Assembly: GCA_030429765.1 (NCBI GenBank)
Contig: JAUIER010000009.1
Span: 49,941 to 113,940 of the forward strand
From: a bacterium
GTDB taxonomy: Bacteria; Omnitrophota; Gorgyraeia; Zapsychrales; Zapsychraceae
DNA: 64,000 nt
Reading direction: 5' to 3'
The number at the start of each line of letters is the position of its first letter. The first letter of the stretch is position 1. The notes beneath the pieces were generated by a model that was not told where the DNA came from, searched no databases, and worked only from the letters and a program-made list of their open reading frames with translations. Shown one piece after another: positions 48,817 to 57,400 of the stretch. The position numbers were made by a program, and so were the translations under genes.

Positions 48817-49250
48817 TGTTGGCTGTCCTGAGAATCCTGTTTGGAATGATTTTTGTGGTATCGGGGTTTGAGAAATTGGTCTCTCCGTACCAGAACTTTC
48901 TGTATGTTATTCAAGGGTATCAGATCGTGCCCGCTGGTTTGGACGTCATCGTGGCGCAGGTGTTTCCATGGATAGAACTTCTCATCGGTTTGTTTATCGT
49001 CCTGGGTCTCTGGGTGCGCTGGTCGCTGATCGGCGGGATGGGAATGGTTCTGACATTTTTGACCATTGTCGGCCAGGCCCTTATTCGGAAATTGCCAATC
49101 GATGAATGCGGGTGTTTTGGTGAACTGATTTCATTTCCTCCGCAGGTTGTGTTTATGATTGATTCGGCGTTGCTCATCTGTGCGATAGTCCTGCTCAAAC
49201 GGCTCGACAAATCTTCAAGATTTTCATTGGACCGATACTTTAATGACTAA
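48816..49250 (+). CDS. DoxX/MauE-family membrane protein
   Basis: Four TM helices; the N-terminus is MLAVLRILFGMIFVVSGFEKL. Confidence 0.65.
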   Translation: MLAVLRILFGMIFVVSGFEKLVSPYQNFLYVIQGYQIVPAGLDVIVAQVFPWIELLIGLFIVLGLWVRWSLIGGMGMVLTFLTIVGQALIRKLPIDECGCFGELISFPPQVVFMIDSALLICAIVLLKRLDKSSRFSLDRYFND

Positions 49251-50727
49251 ATATTCGTCCGTAATTCTAAGTTTGATTATGGTGTTGAGTATGAGTATTC
49301 CTGCCTCCGGCGACAATTTTATCAAGAAGCCTAATGTCAGCGGACAATTTTATGACGCGGACGGTCAACGTCTGTCCAGAGGATTGGATGACATGTTCCG
49401 TGAGGCCTCTGTGGAGCCGCTGACCGAGCCGGTGGAGATTATTATCGCGCCGCACGCGGGATATGTGTATTCCGGGGCAACTGCAGCGCATAGTTTCAAA
49501 GCGGTCAAAAATCAGAAAATTTCGACGGTTGTGATTTTAGCTCCCAGTCATTTCTATGGCCTTTCCGGTATCTCTGTCTGGGAGCAAGGCGGATTCGAAA
49601 CGCCGCTGGGCGTGGCCGAGGTGGATGCGGAATTCACCCGGGCTCTGCTGGAGTCGGACGACGCAGTATCGTTTGATCGCAAGGCATTCGACAAAGAACA
49701 TTCGCTGGAAGTGGAGATCCCTTTTGTGCAGCGGACATTTCCCGACGCGAAAATTGTTCCCGTAGTCATGGGGCAGCCTCATCCGGACAAATTGGTGAAG
49801 TTCGCAAAGGCGCTCGACGGACTGATGGGTGAACGTGAAGATGTGCTTGTTGTCGTGAGTACGGACTTTTCACATTATCACGAGGACAAGATAGCTCGTA
49901 AGTTGGATCAGGCCACGATTGAGGCGGTGCGATCGTTGGACGCGCAAAAAGTGTATGAAGGTTGCCGCACGCGTGAGATGGAGATGTGCGGATGTATTCC
50001 CGTGGTCACATCAATGCTGTTGGCCCAGTTGCGCGGGGCCACGCAAGTAGATTTGCTGAAGTATGCGAATTCGGGAGATGTGAGTGGTGACCGGGACCGG
50101 GTGGTCGGATACGGTGCGTTGATCTTTCGTCAGAAAAGCGCTAGCGCTGCGGCATCGGATCAAGCGTTGTCGGATCCGCAAAAACGTCGTCTTTTGGCCA
50201 TCGCGCGACAAGCCATTGATTTGTATGTCAGCGAGGGGAAAACGGTTGACGTTCAAGAAAGCGACACACGGTTGTTGGAGGAAGAAGGGGCGTTTGTCTC
50301 GATTTATAGACATGGCCGGCTGCGTGGATGTATCGGTAATATTTTGGGAAATGGGCCTTTATGTTTAACCGTGCGTGATGTCGCTATATCGTCGGCGGTG
50401 CGAGATCACCGTTTTAAACCGCTGCAGAAGGATGAGCTCGACGACATAGATCTGGAGGTTTCTGTGTTGTCTAAGCCTCGCCGGATTAAGGACATCAACG
50501 AGATTGAGATGGGTAAGCACGGGGTGATTATTTCGCAGGGACGCAACAGTGGTGTATTTTTGCCGCAGGTGGCCACGTCGACGGGGTGGTCGCGTGATGA
50601 ATTTTTATCGGAATTATGTTCCCAGAAGGCCGGGTTGCCCAGGGATTGCTGGAAGGATCCCGACCGGGTGAACATTGAAATATTTTCGGCGGATGTCTTC
50701 GCCGATAAAGATTTTGCCAATCCCTAA
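49243..50727 (+). CDS. Signal-peptide-bearing fusion of MEMO1-family (AmmeMemoRadiSam protein B-like) and AMMECR1 (protein A-like) domains
   Basis: The signal peptide is MTKYSSVILSLIMVLSMSIPASG. The MEMO motifs are IIAPHAGYVYSG and VVVSTDFSHY. The AMMECR1 motif is RHGRLRGCIGN. Confidence 0.8.
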   Translation: MTKYSSVILSLIMVLSMSIPASGDNFIKKPNVSGQFYDADGQRLSRGLDDMFREASVEPLTEPVEIIIAPHAGYVYSGATAAHSFKAVKNQKISTVVILAPSHFYGLSGISVWEQGGFETPLGVAEVDAEFTRALLESDDAVSFDRKAFDKEHSLEVEIPFVQRTFPDAKIVPVVMGQPHPDKLVKFAKALDGLMGEREDVLVVVSTDFSHYHEDKIARKLDQATIEAVRSLDAQKVYEGCRTREMEMCGCIPVVTSMLLAQLRGATQVDLLKYANSGDVSGDRDRVVGYGALIFRQKSASAAASDQALSDPQKRRLLAIARQAIDLYVSEGKTVDVQESDTRLLEEEGAFVSIYRHGRLRGCIGNILGNGPLCLTVRDVAISSAVRDHRFKPLQKDELDDIDLEVSVLSKPRRIKDINEIEMGKHGVIISQGRNSGVFLPQVATSTGWSRDEFLSELCSQKAGLPRDCWKDPDRVNIEIFSADVFADKDFANP

Positions 50728-50754
50728 AACACGCGTCCGGCACGGCTACCGGCC

Positions 50755-51399
50755 GTGATATTGCCCGGATTGATTGAGCGGATAACGATGTCGACCAAGT
50801 TAATCCTTCCTATCAATGTTTTATGTCAATTAGCTGGTCTGTTTGTATTCATAACGTATCCTGATTTTCGTCTATTTGCCGTCTTTATCCCGCTATCTGT
50901 GGCTTTCAACTCCATACGTTCCACCCGTGTCCGCAATACGTACATATCCCTGTTTGTGATTGTCTGGATGTTGTTGTTTCAGTACGAATCGATTCGCACG
51001 TTTTATCTCAATCAAAACTTTAAAAAAGACTTTCCCAAAACCCGGTTTCTGTTTCCACCGGCTGGCTGGATCATGTTTTACAATGTCGGTAATTCGGCGG
51101 GATATATCGAGGTGTTCGGTTTCAAAGACGGCGTGCCGCAATTTATAGATCCGCATGACATCTTTGAAACGCGTACAATCGGCTACGATAATATTCATCG
51201 AGGCATTCTGGGCGCGGTCAGCGATCGTAATCCTCAAAAGGCGATGCAGTTCTGCCGATTCCTCAATTACAAGTTTCCGTACTTTGATAAATTTTACGTC
51301 GCGGCATCGTATCATCCGGATCTGGTCAAAGAACGGTTTGAACGCCGCCAGCGAATCTTGTATCAGTGTGATGAAAATCAGATCAAGTTCATGAAATGA
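50755..51399 (+). CDS. Hypothetical membrane protein
   Basis: It has three to four N-terminal TM helices and overlaps the downstream HTTM gene. Confidence 0.4.
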   Translation: MILPGLIERITMSTKLILPINVLCQLAGLFVFITYPDFRLFAVFIPLSVAFNSIRSTRVRNTYISLFVIVWMLLFQYESIRTFYLNQNFKKDFPKTRFLFPPAGWIMFYNVGNSAGYIEVFGFKDGVPQFIDPHDIFETRTIGYDNIHRGILGAVSDRNPQKAMQFCRFLNYKFPYFDKFYVAASYHPDLVKERFERRQRILYQCDENQIKFMK

Positions 51400-52661
51400 A
51401 ATTTATAAAATCCATATGGTCCCGCTTATTTCTGGAAGAACGCTCATCGATGAGTTTGAGTGTGTTTCGTATGGCGGTGGCATTCACCGTCTTTGCGCAT
51501 GTGTTCCCGTCGCTGATGCATCCGCATGACAATTATTTGCCGACGGCCTTTCGCGAGTTTAATGCTAGTATTTTTCCGGTTTATATTCTTGAATGGGTGA
51601 TCCAGAGTCCGGCATGGGTTATTTATTTGTTCACCGGGCTGTTTTGCCTATTTTCATTTTGCTTTTTTGTAGGCTTTTTGTCGCAGTTCAGCGCAATTGC
51701 GACAATGATCTGCTGTTACTATTTTTACGCGCTTAACAGTTTTCACGTCGGGACATTATCATGGGATATCCTACTGGTGACATTGTTCCTGATGTGTCTG
51801 GTGCCGTATCATGGCGATTATTTTTCAGTCGACAGTTTTCTTAAGGGGAGGGAGGGGTGGAGGCGCAAACGTCCGTATTTTCTGCAGCGGTTGCTTCAGG
51901 TACAGATCGCGTTTACGTTTTTCTATACAGCATTATGGAAGATTTATCCTAAAGGTAATTGGCTTCAGGATAATCCGATTCACTATTTGATGAACATGCC
52001 CCCGCCGGGTGTAACCAAATGGTTTTTGTTGCGGGATGTGTTGCGCGATAAGCCGGAGATTTGTTATTGGATTGGTGTCGGTGTGATCGTCGCTGAATTC
52101 CTGATGCTGTTTTTGCTGTTTATCCGGCGGACCAGATCGTCCGCGATTTATGCCGGTATATTTTTTCATATCGTGCTGATCCTCACGCTCGATGTGCCGG
52201 CGACATTTTTCTTTTTATTTCCCGCGCAACTACTTTTATTTATCAATCCGGACCATTGGTTGGATTGGATTGAACAAAAGCGTGCGTATCATCGGTCGGC
52301 CAGCCGGCCCGTATTGCTTTATGACGGTGATTGTCGATTCTGCCGTTTTTGTGTAAAGCGGATTCAGATCATGGATATGTATGCCCGCTACCGCTATACA
52401 CCCTATCAATCGATTCCGCAGTTAGCGTCGATCCATCCATCCCTGACCCTCGCAATGTGCAGGCGTGAAGTGATTCTGGTTGAACCGTCTGGGAAAATTC
52501 GCGGCGGAATTGACGCGCTTCGCCGGATGAGCCTGAACCTTCCGATGATGTACCTATGGATTCCTCTGCTATATCTGCCCGGGATGGGCATTCTAGGATC
52601 CGCGATTTATCGAGTGATTGCCCGAAATCGTGGACGCATTCGCTTGCCGCAAATGTCCTAG
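51396..52661 (+). CDS. HTTM-domain (vitamin K-dependent gamma-carboxylase-like) membrane protein fused to DCC-family thiol-disulfide oxidoreductase (DUF393)
   Basis: The N-terminal HTTM-like TM region is LSVFRMAVAFTVFAHVF. The C-terminus LLYDGDCRFCRFCVKRI is the DCC CxxC motif. Confidence 0.65.
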   Translation: MKFIKSIWSRLFLEERSSMSLSVFRMAVAFTVFAHVFPSLMHPHDNYLPTAFREFNASIFPVYILEWVIQSPAWVIYLFTGLFCLFSFCFFVGFLSQFSAIATMICCYYFYALNSFHVGTLSWDILLVTLFLMCLVPYHGDYFSVDSFLKGREGWRRKRPYFLQRLLQVQIAFTFFYTALWKIYPKGNWLQDNPIHYLMNMPPPGVTKWFLLRDVLRDKPEICYWIGVGVIVAEFLMLFLLFIRRTRSSAIYAGIFFHIVLILTLDVPATFFFLFPAQLLLFINPDHWLDWIEQKRAYHRSASRPVLLYDGDCRFCRFCVKRIQIMDMYARYRYTPYQSIPQLASIHPSLTLAMCRREVILVEPSGKIRGGIDALRRMSLNLPMMYLWIPLLYLPGMGILGSAIYRVIARNRGRIRLPQMS

Positions 52662-52880
52662 TCTGTCCAACTGAGTCCTATTTAAAAAATCTTTTTAAAC
52701 TATTTATTTTTCAGGGACTTATACGAAAAAATCCACTCACCTCAATTTGCGTATTACTGCCCGAATAAGGCCTCGAATCAGCCATTTCAGTCCCCTCCAA
52801 ATGCTCAAAAATTAATCAAAAAAAATATTGCTAGACATACCGCTTTTGCTAGTATATGTAAGGTGGCACTTTAATATATA

Positions 52881-52946
52881 TAAGTAGACGGTTTATAAAT
52901 AGTTATAAGTAGACGGTTTATTATACATATTAAGTAGACGGTTTAT
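52881..52946 (+). repeat. Three direct copies of 16-nt TAAGTAGACGGTTTAT at 25-nt spacing
   Basis: Copies at 52881-52896, 52906-52921 and 52931-52946. They are related to the REP-like unit TAAGTAcatGGTAC. Confidence 0.6.
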
Positions 52947-53254
52947 AAATGACCAAAGGGGGAGGGAAGAGATCCCCCGGTCGGACATTGTATTTAAAGA
53001 GGACGGGGGGTCCTTAATCGTCGTCGGCACGACGCCATCCTGAGATCGACATTCCGAACCATGAGGGTGAAGACATTAGTTTCCACGCGCTAATCAAAAA
53101 TGACATAAGTCACATCCAATTCAGTTGCTTACGTCAATCACTTGTCCAGAAGCTCATCACTTTTTCTGTGATGGATGGATACAGTGATGCTTGCCAAGCA
53201 GGGCGTTTCATCAGCAACACAATTCCAGTCGGAACAACAGAATCCAAACAAAAA

Positions 53255-53425
53255 AAGAACCAGGTACGTATTTATAAATTAGTACACGGTACTTTAAATA
53301 ATTTAAGTAGATGGTTGAATAATATAAAAAGGTACCATCTTAAAGATATTAATAAAGTAGCATGCACTATAAATAATTATAGTACATGGAACTATAAAAT
53401 AAAAAGGTGCCATCTTAGGTAGCTC
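53255..53425. repeat. REP-like degenerate palindrome array upstream of rayT
   Basis: It contains AGTACACGGTACTT, TAAGTAGATGGTTGAAT, AAAGGTACCATCTTAAAG, TAGCATGCACTA, TAGTACATGGAACTA and AAAGGTGCCATCTTAGG. Confidence 0.5.
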
Positions 53426-54091
53426 ATGCCAAGAGCCAGTCGCATAACACAGGCAGGGGTATTACATCACGTCATCTCGAGAGGGAATGCCAATCAGGAC
53501 CTCTTTCGGGATATCGATGATAATCGCAAATACCTCGCGTTATTAAGAGAAGCTGTGAGTCAGTTTCCTTTATATGTCTACAATTATGCGCTGACTAAAA
53601 ATACGGTGCACCTGTTGGTAGAGCCCAAGCAGGACGGGATGCTTTCCAAGGCCATGGAGAGTGTCACCAGGGAGTATGCCAAATATTTCAATCAGAAATA
53701 CAATAGTATCGGACATGTGTTTGCCGGCCGATTCAAAAGTTTCGCGGTCCAACCGGACCAATTTTTCCTCGCCTGTAGTCGATATATCGACTTAAATCCA
53801 GTCAATCACGAACTTGTCAAAGAGGCCAAAGATTATAACTTCAGCGGATACGGTGTATTGGCCTTTGGACATGAGGGAGAGTACGCCGTTGATCAGCATG
53901 ATTTGTATAAGGCCTTGGGCGGAACGGATCATGATCGTCAGTTGGTATACCGCAGTTTAGTGCATCAGTATCTGGGCGCGGAATTAGATTTGGAGAATCG
54001 AAAGAGCGGAATCCTTGGATCTAAAGAGTTTAAGACGCTGGTAAAAAGCGGAGCCAATGTCAAAGATGTCAAGTTTAAGAAAGGTTTATAA
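53426..54091 (+). CDS. REP-associated tyrosine transposase (RAYT; IS200/IS605-like Y1 HUH transposase)
   Basis: HHVISRGNANQDLF...YLALL is followed by the HUH motif (NTVHLLVEP) and a catalytic Tyr region RFKSFAVQPDQFFLACSRYIDLNPV. Confidence 0.8.
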   Translation: MPRASRITQAGVLHHVISRGNANQDLFRDIDDNRKYLALLREAVSQFPLYVYNYALTKNTVHLLVEPKQDGMLSKAMESVTREYAKYFNQKYNSIGHVFAGRFKSFAVQPDQFFLACSRYIDLNPVNHELVKEAKDYNFSGYGVLAFGHEGEYAVDQHDLYKALGGTDHDRQLVYRSLVHQYLGAELDLENRKSGILGSKEFKTLVKSGANVKDVKFKKGL

Positions 54092-54345
54092 GGTGGCACC
54101 TTTATTACAAAAAGAACGTGGTACAAATAATATATTAAGTGCATGGTACTTAAAAATGCATAAGTACATGGTACATAATATACAAATAGTGCATGGTACT
54201 TTAATATCAAAAAGTAGTAGGTACATTAAATGCATAAAAGTACATGCTACTAAAATATTTATAAGAACCTGGTTCTTAAAACACTGTAAGAACCTGGTAC
54301 TTATTATCAATATAGAACATGGTACTAAAATACAGAAAAGTAGCC
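54091..54345. repeat. REP-like degenerate palindrome array downstream of rayT (at least 12 units)
   Basis: It contains AAGGTGGCACCTTTATT, ACGTGGTAC, AGTGCATGGTACTTA, TAAGTACATGGTACATA, TAGTGCATGGTACTTTA, AAGTACATGCTACTA, TAAGAACCTGGTTCTTA, TAAGAACCTGGTACTTA and TAGAACATGGTACTA. Confidence 0.55.
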
Positions 54346-54442
54346 TCTTTGTTAAATCATCCTTTGAATCTGTTTCTAGGCGTTTTAGGACCATATGGGC
54401 CAATGAGTTTCAAGGTTGTATGTTCCAACAAAGGATCGGCAG

Positions 54443-57400
54443 TTGTTAAAGCGTAAGTCTAAAATTTGGTTGATAAGGTTGCTCGCCATTCTATGGATGG
54501 GTGTCGCTTCCTTATATATGTCGACGGCGGCATTTGCCCAGTTAGACATAGAGGCCATTTTTGACACGAACGATGGAACCAGCGGTTTCGATATGCAGGA
54601 TGTGGACAACACCACACAGGTCTTTATCGATTCAGACGGTAATATCGTGACACGTGGATGCGTGCGTCTGGACAGCGGCTTAACGGAATGTACTGATTCT
54701 GAGACATTGATTGTCGATGGAACGTTGGGAGTCGGAGTGGTTGCCCCGGCTACAGTATTCCACGTGGATTCCAATGCGGGAGCCGCCACGCCGATCATGA
54801 CGGTTGAAAACACGGTCGGCGACTTCCAGGTTCATATCTTTAGCGGAAGCCCGGAAAGCAATGTGATCGGTTCGCCGGGGGATCTGTGTGTCGATCCGGC
54901 TGGTGGTATGGTCTACATCAAATCTGCCGGGGCCGGAACCAATACGGGTTGGACCGAAGTTGCAACGGGTGGAGGTATGCCGCAATGGACACAGACCGGA
55001 ACGGTCGTTCATCCGAACACGATGTCGGATGATGTGGCTATCGGCGGGACCAGTGAGGCCACGGCCGAGGTGTTCTTCCGAAACGATGGTCAAACAGTAT
55101 TTAATGAACAAGGGCGCGCGGTGAGTTTCCGCATCGAAGGTGACAATGTTCCGAACCTATTTGTGGTCAATGGAACGCTTGACCGTATCGGTATCGGAAC
55201 CTCAACGCCGGATGCGGCGGCGATCCTGGATCTGTCCGCCACCAATGCGGCCTTACGCTTAACACGTTTGAGCGATCCATCCACCGACATCGCCGTACCG
55301 CGCAACGGTATGATCGTCTATGATTCGACGGATGCTGAACTCCAGGCGTATGTCGGCGGAAGTTGGATTATGTTGGCGGCCGGCGGTATGATCGATATTT
55401 CGTCGGATACCAATCTAACCGCCGGTTTTGGAATTACGCTTACGGGCGATACCGTCAGTGTCACCGACCTGTATGTTCAAACAGCTGGCGATTCAATGCA
55501 GGGATCGCTGCAGTTTGTCGGGGTTGGATCAGACATTACCACCGGTACCGGTGAAGATTTAGCCTTGATGCCGGATTCGGGTCGGGTTGGTATTGGTGTT
55601 ACAGCGCCGGATGCCGGAGCGATTCTTGATTTGAGCGCGACGGATAAAGCCCTTCGCCTGACACGATTGAGTGATCCAGCGACGGACATCGCCGTGCCTC
55701 GAAACGGTATGATCGTATACGACTCGACGGATGCCGAACTGCAAGCCTATGTCGGCGGCAGTTGGGTGATGTTGGCTGAGGGCGGCATGATTGACATTTC
55801 ATCCGATACCAACTTGACGGCTGGATTTGGAATCACCATCACCGGTGACACGATTAGTGTGACAGACCTGTATGTTCAAACCGCCGGTGATTCGATGCAG
55901 GGATCATTGCAGTTTGTCGGGGTGGGATCAGACATTACGACCGGTACCGGAGAAGATTTAGCGTTGATGCCGGATTCAGGGCGGGTCGGTATTGGTGTTA
56001 CAGCGCCGGATGCCGGGGCCATTCTTGATTTGAGCGCGACAGACAAAGCCCTTCGCTTAACACGCTTAAGTGATCCATCCACCGACATCGCTGTCCCACG
56101 CAACGGTATGATCGTCTATGACTCGACCGATGCCGAGCTGCAAGCCTATGTCGGCGGCAGTTGGGTGATGCTGGCTGAAGGCGGCATGATCGACATTTCA
56201 TCTGATACCAACCTGACGGCCGGATTTGGTATCACGATTACCGGTGATACGGTGAGCGTCACGGATCTGTACGTGCAAACGGCAGGCGATTCAATGCAGG
56301 GAACCTTGCAGTTTGTGGGTGTGGCAACCGATATCACAACAGCTGCAGGTGAAGATCTAACATTACAACCAGGAACGGGCGGTGACGTTGTTGTGTCACA
56401 ATCTCGACTGGGCGTTGGAACGAGCACGCCGGGTGTCAGTACTATTCTTGATTTAAGTGCGACCGATCGCGCGCTACGTGTCACACGCTTGAGTGATCCT
56501 TCCACCGATATCGTGACACCGCGCAACGGTATGATCGTCTATGACTCGACGGATGCTGAACTGCAAGCCTATGTGGGCGGCAGTTGGGTGATGCTGGCGG
56601 AAGGCGGTATGATTGATATTTCTTCCGATACCAACTTGACCGCCGGATTCGGTATCACGATTACCGGAGATACGGTGAGCGTGACTGACCTATATCTACA
56701 AACCGCCGGTGATTCAATGCAGGGATCGCTTGAATTTGCGGGTGTCGCAACGGATATCATAACCTCTGCCGGTGAAGACTTGACGTTGCAGCCTGGAACC
56801 GGGGGTGACGTCGTTGTATCACAATCACGTTTAGGTGTAGGAACGAGCACGCCGGGTGTCAGTACTATTCTTGATTTAAGTGCGACCGATCGCGCGCTAC
56901 GTGTCACACGCCTGAGTGATCCGACGACCGATGTCGCGACACCGCGTAATGGTATGATCGCCTACGACTCAACGGATAATGAACTCATGGCGTATATCAA
57001 CGGATCATGGCAGATGCTGGCAGAAGGCGGCATGATCGATATTTCATCTGATACCAACTTGACGGCCGGATTCGGTATCACGATTACGGGAGATACCGTC
57101 AGCGTCACGGATCTATATGTTCAGACCGCGGGTGATTCAATGCAGGGATCATTGCAATTCGTGGGCGTTGGTTCTGACATTACGACAGGCACCGGTGAGG
57201 ATCTGGCCTTGATGCCGGGTTCGGGTCGGGTCGGTATTGGCGTCACAGCGCCGGACGCCGGGGCCATTCTTGATTTGAGCGCGACAGACAAAGCCCTTCG
57301 CCTGACACGCCTGAGCGATCCATCCACCGACATCGCTGTCCCACGAAACGGTATGATCGTCTATGACTCAACCGATGCCGAGCTGCAAGCTTATGTGGGC

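Larger units (their letters stand above)
52857..54360. mobile_element. RAYT (REP-associated tyrosine transposase) locus with flanking REP-like palindrome arrays
   Basis: An IS200-like Y1 transposase gene sits between two arrays of degenerate short palindromes (GTACATGGTAC, GAACCTGGTTC, AAGGTGGCACCTT, GCATGC) separated by A/T-rich spacers. Confidence 0.6.

Noticed and set aside
53168-53422. 84-aa + ORF upstream of rayT
   Set aside because: It lies inside the REP-like palindrome array, has Asn/Lys/Tyr-rich low complexity and has no RBS.
53255-54345. Possible CRISPR array suggested by many short repeated palindromes
   Set aside because: The units are about 12-17 nt and mutually degenerate, the spacers are AT-rich low-complexity sequence of irregular length, and no cas genes are present. 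The arrays flank a RAYT transposase, which matches REP/BIME-like elements instead.
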